Positions 26,881-37,912 of a stretch of 64,000 nucleotides of DNA are shown here, in pieces. The translations under genes were made by a program, and so were the position numbers. The DNA is from Nemertoderma westbladi. Lineage: Eukaryota; Animalia; Xenacoelomorpha. Numbering within the stretch: position 1 is the first letter of the stretch; every line of letters starts with the position of its first letter. The stretch covers positions 45,043-109,042 of the forward strand of contig JAUCBJ010002989.1 in NCBI GenBank assembly GCA_032718475.1. Reading direction: 5' to 3'. A model generated the notes under the pieces. The model was given only the letters and a program-made list of their open reading frames with translations, was not told the origin of the DNA and did not search any database.

Positions 26881-29790
26881 TTACCAACCTACTCTAGTTC
26901 TTCCCGCATAGACTTGTAGTGGTTGCGGTTGAGCAGGCCGTTTCTCCAATGTCTCGAGCGCTTCATGCGCATTTTGACCGATGAGTATTTGGACTCCAGG
27001 GTAATCGGTGTTGAATCTAGGTATTTCAAGCTGCTGGGTGAAATCGTCCTCATCCCAGTTATAAGGTTCCACTTGGCTGGTCGCGAAGTTCTTTATCGCT
27101 ACCATTTTTACTGACCTTATGCTGTGTTCTCCTAGTTCATCCTGGGGGGTGGACAACGCGCCTACATAATAATCCGCTATTACGGTAGATTTCCAAACCT
27201 GCATAATTCCTGACATGTTTAGCTTAGTTCGGAACTTGGGTTGTCCAGCAAAGATGTCTTCGGCTAGTTCTTTGTCGATGAATGTTCCTGTGCTACCGGA
27301 GTCAAGGAGGGCGTTCACTATATAACTCCTTGTAGGTCCGTGGACCCTTAACTGTACTACAGGAAATTCTCGGATTCCTACATTGGAAGTTGGTGCTTTC
27401 CAAGATGGTTGTCGGTCAGAAGTAGTTAGGGGGAGCTCGCTGTCGGTGTCCTTTTCATACGTAAGTGCTCGATACACTGCGGTATTTGTCAGGTAACAGG
27501 ATTCGTTTTCGTCGGAGAATTCGTCCGTATAGAATCCTTCCATCTCAGAACTTTGGTCAGTGTCGTTCACATCACTGAATTGGACATGTAGTTCGGACTC
27601 ACTTACCTGACTCGAGCTGTTTCGTTCGAATTCAGTGTGCAACAAGATATGATGTTTTGCGCCGCACTTTGCACACCTTGCGTCGGAGTAACAGGTTCGC
27701 CGTTGGTGTCCTCGTCTGAGACAATTATAACACAACCGCTTATCCCACATGACTTCCCGTCTATCCTTTAGTGATTTCCTTAGGAATTCATCACACACAT
27801 TCAAACGGTGGGGCCCGTCGCACAACACATATTTGGGCTTGATGTTACTTACTTTAACATGTGCTGTGTGGTGTGCGCTCGTTCTTTCCTCTGGCTTTCT
27901 TGCATGAATTCTCTTAGGAGACGCAGGAGGAGTTTTTCTTACCTGTTCTCTCCTGTCATTGGTTCGAGACTTGAATTTACTTACGTCCTTAGGCGCTGTG
28001 TTGTAATAGTAAGATCTTTCAGTGTCTTTCCCGCTGTCTTCCTCTCGAGAAGCCTGGCTTTCGCCGTCGTCTGTATAACACACTGGTATTACCTTTCTCC
28101 TAGAAACGGGTTTCTCACTTACCTTATTTTCCGGTGTCTTCTCTCTGGACTGCTTTAGGAGCTGTAGTTTTACCTCGCTATCCAAGAATGACATGAGATC
28201 AGCCATGGTAGGGTCTCGTCGTTGTTGCTCCATCATATATAATACTTTCTTGTCCCAGCGTGTACCTACTCCACCCTTTGGCAGAGTTGATGTTAAGGCT
28301 CCTACAACCATAGAATTCTGGTATTCATGAGACTTACCTAACCAATCTAGTTGTCTACAGATCTCTTGAATCTCGTCGGAAAACTCTATAATCCCGCTGC
28401 TAAGAAACTTTCGGGGCGCCATTAATTTCGCATATAAATACCTAGCTATGTTAGTCCTATTACCATACCTGATGTTTATTGTATCCCAAACTTGTCTTAA
28501 TCCATCTGGATGTCCAATAAACTTTAACGCCATTAACTTGGGAGATCCTTCCAAGCACTCGATGAGGAATCTAAGCTTTTCTCCGTTAGATAACACGGAG
28601 TTCTGTATGTTATCTTTGTAATATTCATTAAAAGGTAACCATTTCATCTCATCTCCATTGAACTTGACGATCTCTCCCATCTTTACCGCTTGACGGGCTT
28701 CGGTTCTAGCCATTTGACGCGTAAAACTTTCTTGGGCCATCGTATTATTTAATATCGAGTTATCGGTATATAAATTATCAAGTCTATATGGAATATCACT
28801 GTCAACAGGTTTATAATTACCCTTAATAGGGTTTACTATAGGAGTTTCTACTTCGCTAGCAGTATAGATGCGTGTAGGCTCCACACCTTGCGCATGAAAT
28901 ACTTCAGACTTAACAGGTTGACACATTGTTACAGAGGGTGGTGGTATACCCTTTTGTAAATTTACTAACTTATCGCGTTCTGACGCGATACTCTGCTGCA
29001 CTTCTTGCAATGCTAACCTACCCTCTCTTACTGCTCCCTTTAACTGCTGAACAGTCTCTTCCAACTCCCGGACCTGCTGGGAGGAACATTTACAATGTTC
29101 CCTCAGCTGCCCGAGCCGGAGACCCATCTCCCGTCGTCCCTCAGCTACCCACTCGACCGCCGAAGCGGGAGTCGCCAACGTAGTAGCGGGCAAGCGAGAG
29201 ATGACGGGCGATAAATTCTTGATATCTCGCTCGGCGTCCGGGATGGGTTCGGACTCGGGAACAGTCCTACTGGGCACAGGTAGTTTCGTGCTGTGCAAAG
29301 GGAATTTAGAGGTAGGTTCTGGGAGTACAGGTGTCTCTATCACCGAAGGGGTGGCTTCGAGAACAGGCCTAATTATTTCAGGCTCATCTACTATAGTAGG
29401 GAGTCTTTCTACTGTAATAATTTGGTCTGTGGGTTCTGTACTACCTAAGTCTGTGCTAGCTAGTCTCACCGCAGGAGGCAAATTAGGTAACTTCGGACAG
29501 TGTGGCATTCTTCTACGCCTGCTGAGACGAGATCTATTTCCTCCGCCTTCAGGATCTGTTATATCACCTTCATCAGGCTGCTTCGCCTGAAGGCTTTCCA
29601 GCTCTAGCTGGGTAGTCGCCCCAGACGCCTCCCGTTCTGCTTCTGCCACTGCCTCTGCCGCTTTTCTTTCCGCTTCTGCCGCTGCTACTTTTCTTTCCGC
29701 TTCTATCCTTTCAAGACACTGTCCAAGTCGAAGACTCATTCTAACACCTTTCAAAAGACTATCTGACAGTGCCCGTTTTGTGTCAGACAT
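26881..29790 (-). CDS. gag: BEL/Pao Gag plus aspartic protease (969 aa), ending at a premature stop
   Basis: N-terminal coiled coil; BEL-type capsid region (KFNGDEMKWLPF...EKLRFLIECLEG); zinc knuckles CYNCLRRGHQRRTC and CAKCGAKHHILLH; protease ALLDSGS and ILIG motifs. It ends TRVGW-stop where copy 2 continues TRVGWYFTGP. Confidence 0.92.
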   Translation of the reverse strand: MSDTKRALSDSLLKGVRMSLRLGQCLERIEAERKVAAAEAERKAAEAVAEAEREASGATTQLELESLQAKQPDEGDITDPEGGGNRSRLSRRRRMPHCPKLPNLPPAVRLASTDLGSTEPTDQIITVERLPTIVDEPEIIRPVLEATPSVIETPVLPEPTSKFPLHSTKLPVPSRTVPESEPIPDAERDIKNLSPVISRLPATTLATPASAVEWVAEGRREMGLRLGQLREHCKCSSQQVRELEETVQQLKGAVREGRLALQEVQQSIASERDKLVNLQKGIPPPSVTMCQPVKSEVFHAQGVEPTRIYTASEVETPIVNPIKGNYKPVDSDIPYRLDNLYTDNSILNNTMAQESFTRQMARTEARQAVKMGEIVKFNGDEMKWLPFNEYYKDNIQNSVLSNGEKLRFLIECLEGSPKLMALKFIGHPDGLRQVWDTINIRYGNRTNIARYLYAKLMAPRKFLSSGIIEFSDEIQEICRQLDWLGKSHEYQNSMVVGALTSTLPKGGVGTRWDKKVLYMMEQQRRDPTMADLMSFLDSEVKLQLLKQSREKTPENKVSEKPVSRRKVIPVCYTDDGESQASREEDSGKDTERSYYYNTAPKDVSKFKSRTNDRREQVRKTPPASPKRIHARKPEERTSAHHTAHVKVSNIKPKYVLCDGPHRLNVCDEFLRKSLKDRREVMWDKRLCYNCLRRGHQRRTCYSDARCAKCGAKHHILLHTEFERNSSSQVSESELHVQFSDVNDTDQSSEMEGFYTDEFSDENESCYLTNTAVYRALTYEKDTDSELPLTTSDRQPSWKAPTSNVGIREFPVVQLRVHGPTRSYIVNALLDSGSTGTFIDKELAEDIFAGQPKFRTKLNMSGIMQVWKSTVIADYYVGALSTPQDELGEHSIRSVKMVAIKNFATSQVEPYNWDEDDFTQQLEIPRFNTDYPGVQILIGQNAHEALETLEKRPAQPQPLQVYAGRTRVGW

Positions 29791-31020
29791 ATTTGATTGT
29801 ACAGTTGAATGCCTACTGCTATATTACAGTTAAAGCAAGTCTAGTAATTCAGTATCAACTGTTAGCCTAGTAATTAATTACCGATACCGTTACTCAGTGT
29901 AACGTGATATATATACAATGTATCAGAATACCGGTATACACTTACAATATATATAAGTATTATTACAGACTAGGTTTGTCACAGAATACCGGTATGATTT
30001 CAGCCTAAATTTATAGAAATAAATATAATAAGCCTATGGTAAATACCGGTATGTCAATTATTTTAAATAATTGAATTTCTGAATTTTAAGGGTTACTTGG
30101 TTACTTTAACTTACTTTATTACCGTTATTTGAGCAGTAGTCCAACTGATATTGAGACCTAGTTGTTGTATGGCAGGCCTACTATTTATAAATCGTTTGAG
30201 TTGATTTATAATATATATATAGGCCTACCCGTTTAATGGGTTTTTGTCAATATTTGAAATAAATGTTATTATTTCTGGGGGAGTCACTACACAGAAGCTG
30301 TGCGCTCTCAGTGGAGTGTTACTTGTTGGACACTAAAACAAATAATTCTAATTTACCTAAGTTACTTAATACTACAAATTACGTACAATTCGGGTTGAGA
30401 TTACAATCTCTAAATAAACACAAAAAAATTACAAATACACAAATACGAATTTTTAGGGTAATTTTACAAGAAGTCTACTAACTAACCAGCCTAACAAAGG
30501 GTTAGAATATCTGGTTATTACAACGGACAGAGTACTACGGTATTTGAAAATAATAAACAGTAGTAAATATACTGCGTTGTCCAGATAGGAAAATACCACC
30601 GTCTGACGACTTATAGCCGTATCGCTATAAGTACTACGTTATGTATCACGGAGTGTTCCTACCCAGAAGTTAATTACCGCGGTCTACCAGAACCAACGTG
30701 CCTATTAACCACTTTACAACACAAATATACTGCCTACACGCTAATTACCTTCGGAAGCACTGTCGACTGTACACTAAACCCTAAATTAGGTACAAGTACT
30801 TGTACAACAAATAATCAGTAGTTAAAAATACTTGAACAGCTAAAAGAACCACGGCATCTGCTGGAGTGACCGGTGCACAAAATCACCAGTCTTTACCTAC
30901 GCCAAGCAGCCCTGATGTAGTACCGGGGTTAGTTTAACTATAACGGTATGTATAACAAGCACAATTACTGTAGGAATAAACTTGGGGATATGAATGTTGC
31001 GAATAATAGCATAAACTCTG

Positions 31021-31600
31021 AATAATAAATATTACGCTACGCGTACAGACTACTCAAACAAAATGCAGACCAAATACTGACAGACTACTATCAAGCCTAA
31101 ACAAACTACGGTATGTGCAGACTCCGAAATGGTTAGTTAGTATGCGTTCTAACCTAGTAGTACGACTTATTCTTTCAGAGGGGGTTTACCTCACAGCACT
31201 GGAAGCCCCTACGTTCCCAACTGGCACTTTATCGGACATACACTCTACACACACCGAAATTTCCTCAGACCTAACAACAGCCAGACAACTATCCAGCCTA
31301 CAAATTATCTAAATAAGAATTATACGCTACCTGTACAGACTACACAAACAAAGTACAGACCAAACGCTGGCAGACTACTATCAAGCCTAAATAAACTACA
31401 GTATATGCAGACTCCGAAATGATTAGTTAGTATGCGTTCTAACCTAGTAGTACGACTTATTCTTTCAAAGGGGGTTTACCTCACAGCACTTGAAGCCCCT
31501 ACGTTCCTAACTAGCACTTTATCGGACAGATGCTCTACACACACTGCAATCCGTTCAGACTTCACAACAGTCAGACAACTATCCAGCCTACAAATTATCT
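31021..31600. repeat. Two-copy ~290-bp tandem duplication in the 5' leader of BEL copy 1
   Basis: CAGACTACTATCAAGCC at 31081 and 31371; CAAATTATCT at 31301 and 31591; intervening sequence similar. Confidence 0.85.
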
Positions 31601-31881
31601 GTACAATCTGAGCAGGCTTACACGTCTTCTGCTCAATCTTAACCTACAAATAAATAAAACCGACAGAAATAAGTAAACTATACAAAGGAATGAGGGGTGA
31701 TCAATCCCTAATCCCCTAGCAGCCTACAATATACAATATCACAATCGAAATAGTACTGCTGTACCCGTACTGTAAGTAAGTACCGGTCCGGATGATCAGG
31801 CAGTCAGGCCTACTGGTTACCGGTCGACCGGTACTATCAACTTGATTGCTTACGCCGCAATCAAGAAGCTATAACTGTTAC

Positions 31882-33051
31882 TGTTCGCGCTTTTAAGACC
31901 TTTGGCAGTTTAACCCGCCAAATCTATATGTCTTCTAGGTTATAAATCGACTTTAGCCTATGACAAGTATTTGAGACAAATAAATCCAACATTAGCCGAA
32001 GCCAGTCTATGCGCGACCATTCACCCGCTGGATATACCCGGGAGACTGGATTCGGATGCTTTAATTTGATTGCGGTGCAGGCCTACCGTACTATTCGATT
32101 GATCGTTAATATATAATCTCTGACAAATATTATTCACTTTCGGGAAATATTAGCAGTTCCTTTAGGACGTGGCGCTCTATCTATATAAACAGAGCTATGG
32201 CTTACACTAAACACAACGGAATGGATTATAAGTTACACATAAGGCGCATTCTTTAGGAGATGCTTTGTTACGCGGACAAGCACATACAGACTATTGCACA
32301 CCGCTGCACACTGAATTGCCGATAGTCACTGATTTTAATCATATATAAAGAGAATAGCAACCGACATTTGTAGGGCCTATAAAATAGCATTCAATTCACT
32401 ACAAACCACGATAATATAAGTCGCAATTGCTATATGTAGCCGGTCTCTCTAACCTTAGTGTATCAAGAAGATCGGGGTTTCTGATCGTTTATCGTTATTC
32501 TCCAAATAACAATATGTAAACAACCGATACAATTAATAACAAACAGCAAATAGCAGTAAATAATGTGCAATACGTACCGTACCGTTATGTGTTCTTAGTG
32601 TCTCGTACCGCTGTACCGGTAACAGTTATGTGTTCTTATAATTAAAGCCGTTCTAATGTTGGAATAATTCAGAATAGTTCCATAGCCGATGTTCATGGCA
32701 TCAGGAAAACCAACACACTGAACCCTGTGAGCTGTTGCAGGTAGCTTTCAACACAAAGAGGAAAAGCTCTCATTGGCAGAGTTCCAGTTTCTATAAGTTC
32801 CATGAATGTCTAAATGCCAAACCTCCCTAGCCTTTGCAGCCCATAGCCAACACAAGGCTAAATCGCTCTGATTGGTCGATCATTGTTCTGATTGGTTAAT
32901 CGAACAGAACAAAGAGGCCATACGTACAGCAAATCAGCCAACCAGCGGGCGGATTGTGCCACTAGAAGCAACAGTTTAGAGGATTTGAGCGAATGGGGGA
33001 AAACTGGATTACAAATGGAAAAGGCCAGTTATATCCCCAAAAGCTTTTACA
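31882..33051 (-). repeat. 5' LTR of BEL copy 1 (1170 bp)
   Basis: Direct repeat of 21645-22819, lying upstream of gag on the minus strand. Contains two CCAATCAG boxes near 32868-32895. Confidence 0.95.
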
Positions 33052-34353
33052 GTCTGTTCTGCACTCCTGTTGCAAACATCCAATAATGGTCTGTTTAGCA
33101 CTCCTGTTGCAAACATCCAATAATGGTCTGTTCTGCACTCCTGTTGCAAACATCCAATAATGGTCTGTTTAGCACTCCTGTTGCAAACATCCAATAATGG
33201 TCTGTTCAGCATCCGGTTGCAAACATCCAATAATGGTCTGTTCAGCATCCGGTTGCAAACATCCAATAATGGTCTGTTCTGCACTCCTGTTGCAAACATC
33301 CAATAATGGTCTGTTTAGCACTCCTGTTGCAAACATCCAATAATGGTCTGTTCAGCATCCGGTTGCAAACATCCAATAATGGTCTGTTCAGCATCCGGTT
33401 GCAAACATCCAATAATGGTCTGTTCTGCACTCCTGTTGCAAACATCCAATAATGGTCTGTTCTGCACTCCTGTTGCAAACATCCAATAATGGTCTGTTCT
33501 GCACTCCTGTTGCAAACATCCAATAATGGTATGTTCTGCACTCCAGTTGCAAACATCCAATAATGGTCTGTTCAGCATCCGGTTGCAAACATCCAATAAT
33601 GGTCTGTTCAGCACTCCGGATGCAAACATCCAATAATGGTCTGTTCTGCACTCCTGTTGCAAACATCCAATAATGGTCTGTTCAGCATCCGGTTGCAAAC
33701 ATCTAATAATGGTCTGTTCTGCACTCCGGTTGCAAACATCCAATAATGGTCTGTTCAGCATCCGGTTGCAAACATCCAATAATGGTCTGTTCAGCATCCG
33801 GTTGCAAACATCTAATAATGGTCTGTTCTGCACTCCGGTTGCAAACATCCAATAATGGTCTGTTCAGCATCCGGTTGCAAACATCCAATAATGGTCTGTT
33901 CAGCACTCCGGATGCAAACATCCAATAATGGTCTGTTATGCACTCCGGTTGCAAACATCCAATAATGGTCTGTTCAGCATCCGGTTGCAAACATCCAATA
34001 ATGGTCTGTTCTGCACTCCTGTTGCAAACATCCAATAATGGTCTGTTCTGCACTCCTGTTGCAAACATCCAATAATGGTCTGTTCTGCACTCCTGTTGCA
34101 AACATCCAATAATGGTCTCTTCAGCATCCGGTTGCAAACATCCAATAATGGTCTGTTCTGCACTCCTGTTGCAAACATCCAATAATGGTCTGTTCTGCAC
34201 TCCTGTTGCAAACATCCAATAATGGTCTGTTCTGCACTCCGCTTGCAAACATCCAATAATGGTCTGTTCTGCACTCCGGTTGCAAACATCCAATAATGGT
34301 CTGTTCAGCACTCCGGATGCAAACATCCAATAATGGTCTGTTCTGCACTCCTG
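33052..34353. repeat. Continuation of the 36/37-bp array (~35 units)
   Basis: Same unit, resuming in register after the TSD. The variant order resembles the block at ~16330-17700. Confidence 0.97.
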
Positions 34354-35555
34354 AGTAGTAATGGTTTACCCTATTTCGGCGACAGTTTAGTCCAACTTCG
34401 CACCTTGGGTGTTAAGTAGGTCATTAATTAATTAAACAATTAATTAATTGGTCGATTAAACAATTAATTAATTGTTTAATCAATCGATTTGTATCAAATA
34501 ATGTTGCCAAAGGCAATTTAATTTGATACAAATCAATCAGATAGGGACGCGCGATGAATAAATTGTACTACAGTAGGTACAGTAGATAAAATATACAATA
34601 CAATAGGAACTGTAGTACAGTACAATACAATATACAATACATTTGTATTATTTTTGCCATACAATAGGTAAAGGTAGAATTAAATAAAAAGACACGAGCG
34701 GGACCCAAAACATAAATTTCCCTCACACGAAAATAAAGTGGCCCCAGTTTGACCCCGAGTCATCCCTCAATAATCTGCGGTTGTTGGGCTCTTATTAACC
34801 GTAGCATGACTAACCCAAACATCAATGCGTGAATGGGGCCTGCGTGAATGGGGCCTGCCACAGAGCTTAAATTATTCAAACCCACAGCTTCCAAGAAATT
34901 AGAATAAACATCTGCTCTTGCAATAGATTGCATTCTTTCGCATTGTATTGCGAAGCAGTCCACGCGCGTCTAACCGCACATAATTAAATAAGGCCCTCAT
35001 TTAATACATAAGTTATATACAGTTTATCTTAAATTTATTGAATTTGTTTTTATTTACAACCCGAATTGTTCTACCATATTATAATTTATGTTTTATTATA
35101 ACAAGCTATACCCTGTTAATCTTTATTAATTTTATTTGTACTGAGGTTTTCGAGGGCGCTGTTTCCAATGGTCCTACTCCCAAAACGATGTAACCTACTG
35201 TATAATTAATTACTTAAGTCTGCGAGGTATGCGTAAGTAACAAATCTCGTTTACCAGTTTTCATTAAAAACTATGAAGCTATATTGCTTAAGAGTTCTGA
35301 GGGGCGAGCCATGAGGCAAGGTGTTTGATACTTTTTAGATATATTATTACTTAATTTTGACCCCCCAGTCGGTATCTATTACAATATAGGCTATATCTTT
35401 TTGCGGAGTAACAGAGTAGTCTGAAGATCCGAGTCTGCTGCTAGAGGGTGAAATGTCTCAAAGTGAAAATCATACAGTAGCTATGAATTGGTTGCTAGGC
35501 AATAATACTACATTTTGTATAGTTAGGCCTATTGCCGATCGAACAAAAACTGCCC

Positions 35556-35629
35556 TGGTCCATGTGAGGATCGAACCCACGACCTATTGGAGATGTGATT
35601 TCAAAGCAACCACTACACCAAGGTGGAAC
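35556..35629 (-). ncRNA. tRNA-like Pol III unit in the left TIR (degenerate)
   Basis: Reverse complement of 37839-37912: A-box TGGTGTAGTGG, B-box GGTTCGATCC, then a T5 run. Confidence 0.45.
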
Positions 35630-35696
35630 AGTAACGTTCGAATTTGTTCGTTAACGTTCGAATTTGTAAGACTCTGATTTAAGACCTGAGGCACTC

Positions 35697-36297
35697 CCCA
35701 CAGCCACAGCCACAACCACAACCACAGCCACAGCCACAGCCACAGCCACAACCACAGCCACAGCCACAGCCACAGCCACAGCCACAGACCACAGCCACAG
35801 CCACAACCACAGCCACAGCCACAGCCACAGCCACAGCCACAGCCACAGCCACAGCCACAGCCACAGCCACAGCCACAGCCACAACCACAGCCACAGCCAC
35901 AACCACAGCCACAACCACAGCCACAGCCACAGCCACAGCCACAGCCACAACCACAGCCACAGCCACAGCCACAGCCACAACCACAGCCACAGCCACAGCC
36001 ACAACCACAGCCACAGCCACAGCCACAACCACAGCCACAGCCACAGCCACAACCACAGCCACAGCCACACCACACCACAGCCACAGCCACAGCCACAGCC
36101 ACAACCACAGCCACAGCCACAACCACAGCCACAGCCACAGCCACAGCCACAGCCACAGCCACAGCCACAGCCACAACCACAGCCACAACCACAGCCACAG
36201 CCACAACCACAGCCACACCACAACCACAGCCACAGCCACAGCCACAGCCACAGCCACAGCCACAGCCACAGCCACAACCACAGCCACAACCACAGCC
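35697..36297. repeat. (CCACAG/CCACAA)n hexamer microsatellite in the left TIR (~100 units)
   Basis: Directly visible. The right-TIR counterpart (~37688-37770) has only ~13 units. Confidence 0.97.
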
Positions 36298-36401
36298 TCA
36301 CCTTCACCCACTTTATTGTTAAATACGCCTGAGAAAAATTCAAGAAACATCTGGTTTACAATAGATTATTCTTTTTTCACAACTCCATTCTAGCCTCCCT
36401 C

Positions 36402-36432
36402 TATAAAAGCCCCCATTCACCGCATTCTCATT
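36402..36432 (+). promoter_or_regulatory. TATA box plus initiator-like element for the zinc-finger ORF
   Basis: TATAAAAG at 36402-36409 and TCATT at 36428-36432 (~28 nt spacing), ~120 nt upstream of the ATG at 36549. Confidence 0.5.
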
Positions 36433-36548
36433 CATTCTCTAATTTTTATTTTTAAAAGTTTTATTTATTTTCATAAAAGTTTTATTTATTTAAAATTTTG
36501 TAAAATCATTCAGCGAAAATTCATAATATCAATTGACATTGCTATATA

Positions 36549-37307
36549 ATGCCTAGCTATGAAAGATGTTTGGTTTGTAATAAAGAAATGAGACGAGACA
36601 GTATATCCCGTCATATGAGTATACATAGAAAGGAAGGTGTAATGGAACCATTACCAAAGAAATTAAAAAATAATGATGATATTTTTAGTGAAGAAGAAAA
36701 CAAAAAGAGAGTTGAGAGTGATTTTCTAGAGATTAAACAAATGATGAAACATAAATTCGAGAAAATCATGAATATTTTGAAGAATATACAGAAACAGCCA
36801 CATAGTGAAAAGGACGATGAGAGTGAGGAAGAGAATAAATCAGAGGAAAGTGAGAATGATGAAACGGAGAGTGAGATAGAGAAAGAAGAAAATGAGAGTG
36901 GTGGTGAAGAAAATGAGAGCGAGAAAGAAGTCGAGGAACATGAAAGTGGTGAGGATAATGACTCAGATAATGAGGAGATATTAAGACATGTATTAGGAAA
37001 TAAAAATAAATTGCAGAAAATAATTAGACAATTGAATGAAATGCAGAAACATTCGCATAAGGAGAGTGATAATGATGGAAATGAGAGTGATGAGGATGAA
37101 TCGGAGGAGAGTAGCGATGACAGTGAGGAAGAATCAGAGGAGAGTAGCGATGACAGTGAGGAAGCATCAGAGGAGAATGACAATGAAAATGGACAGAAAA
37201 TCAGAGTAGGGAATGGAAAAGTTATATCTCCAGCAACTGTTGTATATCGACCTAGGATTATGAACAGTAACAGTCGTACAGTTAATGCGAGACAGTGCAG
37301 AAGATAA
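36549..37307 (+). CDS. C2H2-type zinc-finger protein with basic NLS-like motif and acidic low-complexity tail (252 aa)
   Basis: CLVC-x11-HMSIH at the N-terminus, PKKLK, and long E/D/S-rich tracts. It is the only ORF between the TIRs, with an ATG start and an upstream TATA. Confidence 0.65.
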   Translation: MPSYERCLVCNKEMRRDSISRHMSIHRKEGVMEPLPKKLKNNDDIFSEEENKKRVESDFLEIKQMMKHKFEKIMNILKNIQKQPHSEKDDESEEENKSEESENDETESEIEKEENESGGEENESEKEVEEHESGEDNDSDNEEILRHVLGNKNKLQKIIRQLNEMQKHSHKESDNDGNESDEDESEESSDDSEEESEESSDDSEEASEENDNENGQKIRVGNGKVISPATVVYRPRIMNSNSRTVNARQCRR

Positions 37308-37838
37308 TTAGACAATTGAATGAAATGTTACAATGTGTTATATCTTATATGTTACAATGTGTTATATCTTAAATGTTACTCTGCTATATGTATATGTATA
37401 TGTGTTAATATTAAAAATATGAAAATAGTCGACTATATTTCATTTTTCTTTTTCAACTTTGGATAAATAATATAGGGGTTAAACAAAGAACATCAAAACA
37501 GTTAAACAGTTACATTTAACATTTAGACAGTAAACAGTAACAGTAAACATTTACATGGCCAGTTGCGGTGAATGGGGGCTTTTATAGAGGGAGGCTAGAA
37601 TGGAGTTGTGAAAAAAGAATAATCTATTGTAAACCAGATGTTTCTTGAATTTTTCTCAGGCGTATTTAACAATAAAGTGGGTGAAGGTGTGGCTGTGGCT
37701 GTGGCTGTGGCTGTGGCTGTGGCTGTGGCTGTGGTTGTGGCTGTGGCTGTGGTTGTGGTTGTGGTTGTGGGGAGTGCCTCAGGTCTTAAATCAGAGTCTT
37801 ACAAATTCGAACGTTAACGAACAAATTCGAACGTTACT

Positions 37839-37912
37839 GTTCCACCTTGGTGTAGTGGTTGCTTTGAAATCACATCTCCAATAGGTCGTGGGTTCGATCC
37901 TCACATGAACCA
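37839..37912 (+). ncRNA. tRNA-like Pol III unit in the right TIR (degenerate)
   Basis: A-box TGGTGTAGTGG (37848-58), T-arm GTGGGTTCGATCCTCAC, CCA at 37910-12, TTTTT at 37919-23. No convincing anticodon arm. Confidence 0.45.

Larger units (their letters stand above)
21645..33051 (-). mobile_element. BEL/Pao-family LTR retrotransposon, copy 1 (internally deleted, non-autonomous), inserted in the satellite
   Basis: Two ~1.17-kb direct repeats with TG...CA termini. 5-bp TSD GTCTG at 21640-21644 and 33052-33056. Minus-strand gag-protease ORF, plus pol remnants matching the BEL pol at 39082-43098. Confidence 0.95.

Noticed and set aside
31783-31798. Degenerate tRNA-Tyr-like PBS (TGATCATCCGGACCGG on the minus strand)
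   Set aside because: Only about 11/16 similar to the expected PBS and ~83 nt from the LTR end, too far for a primer site.
35584-36350. Poly-WL/VA/CG ORFs
   Set aside because: Hexamer microsatellite translations.
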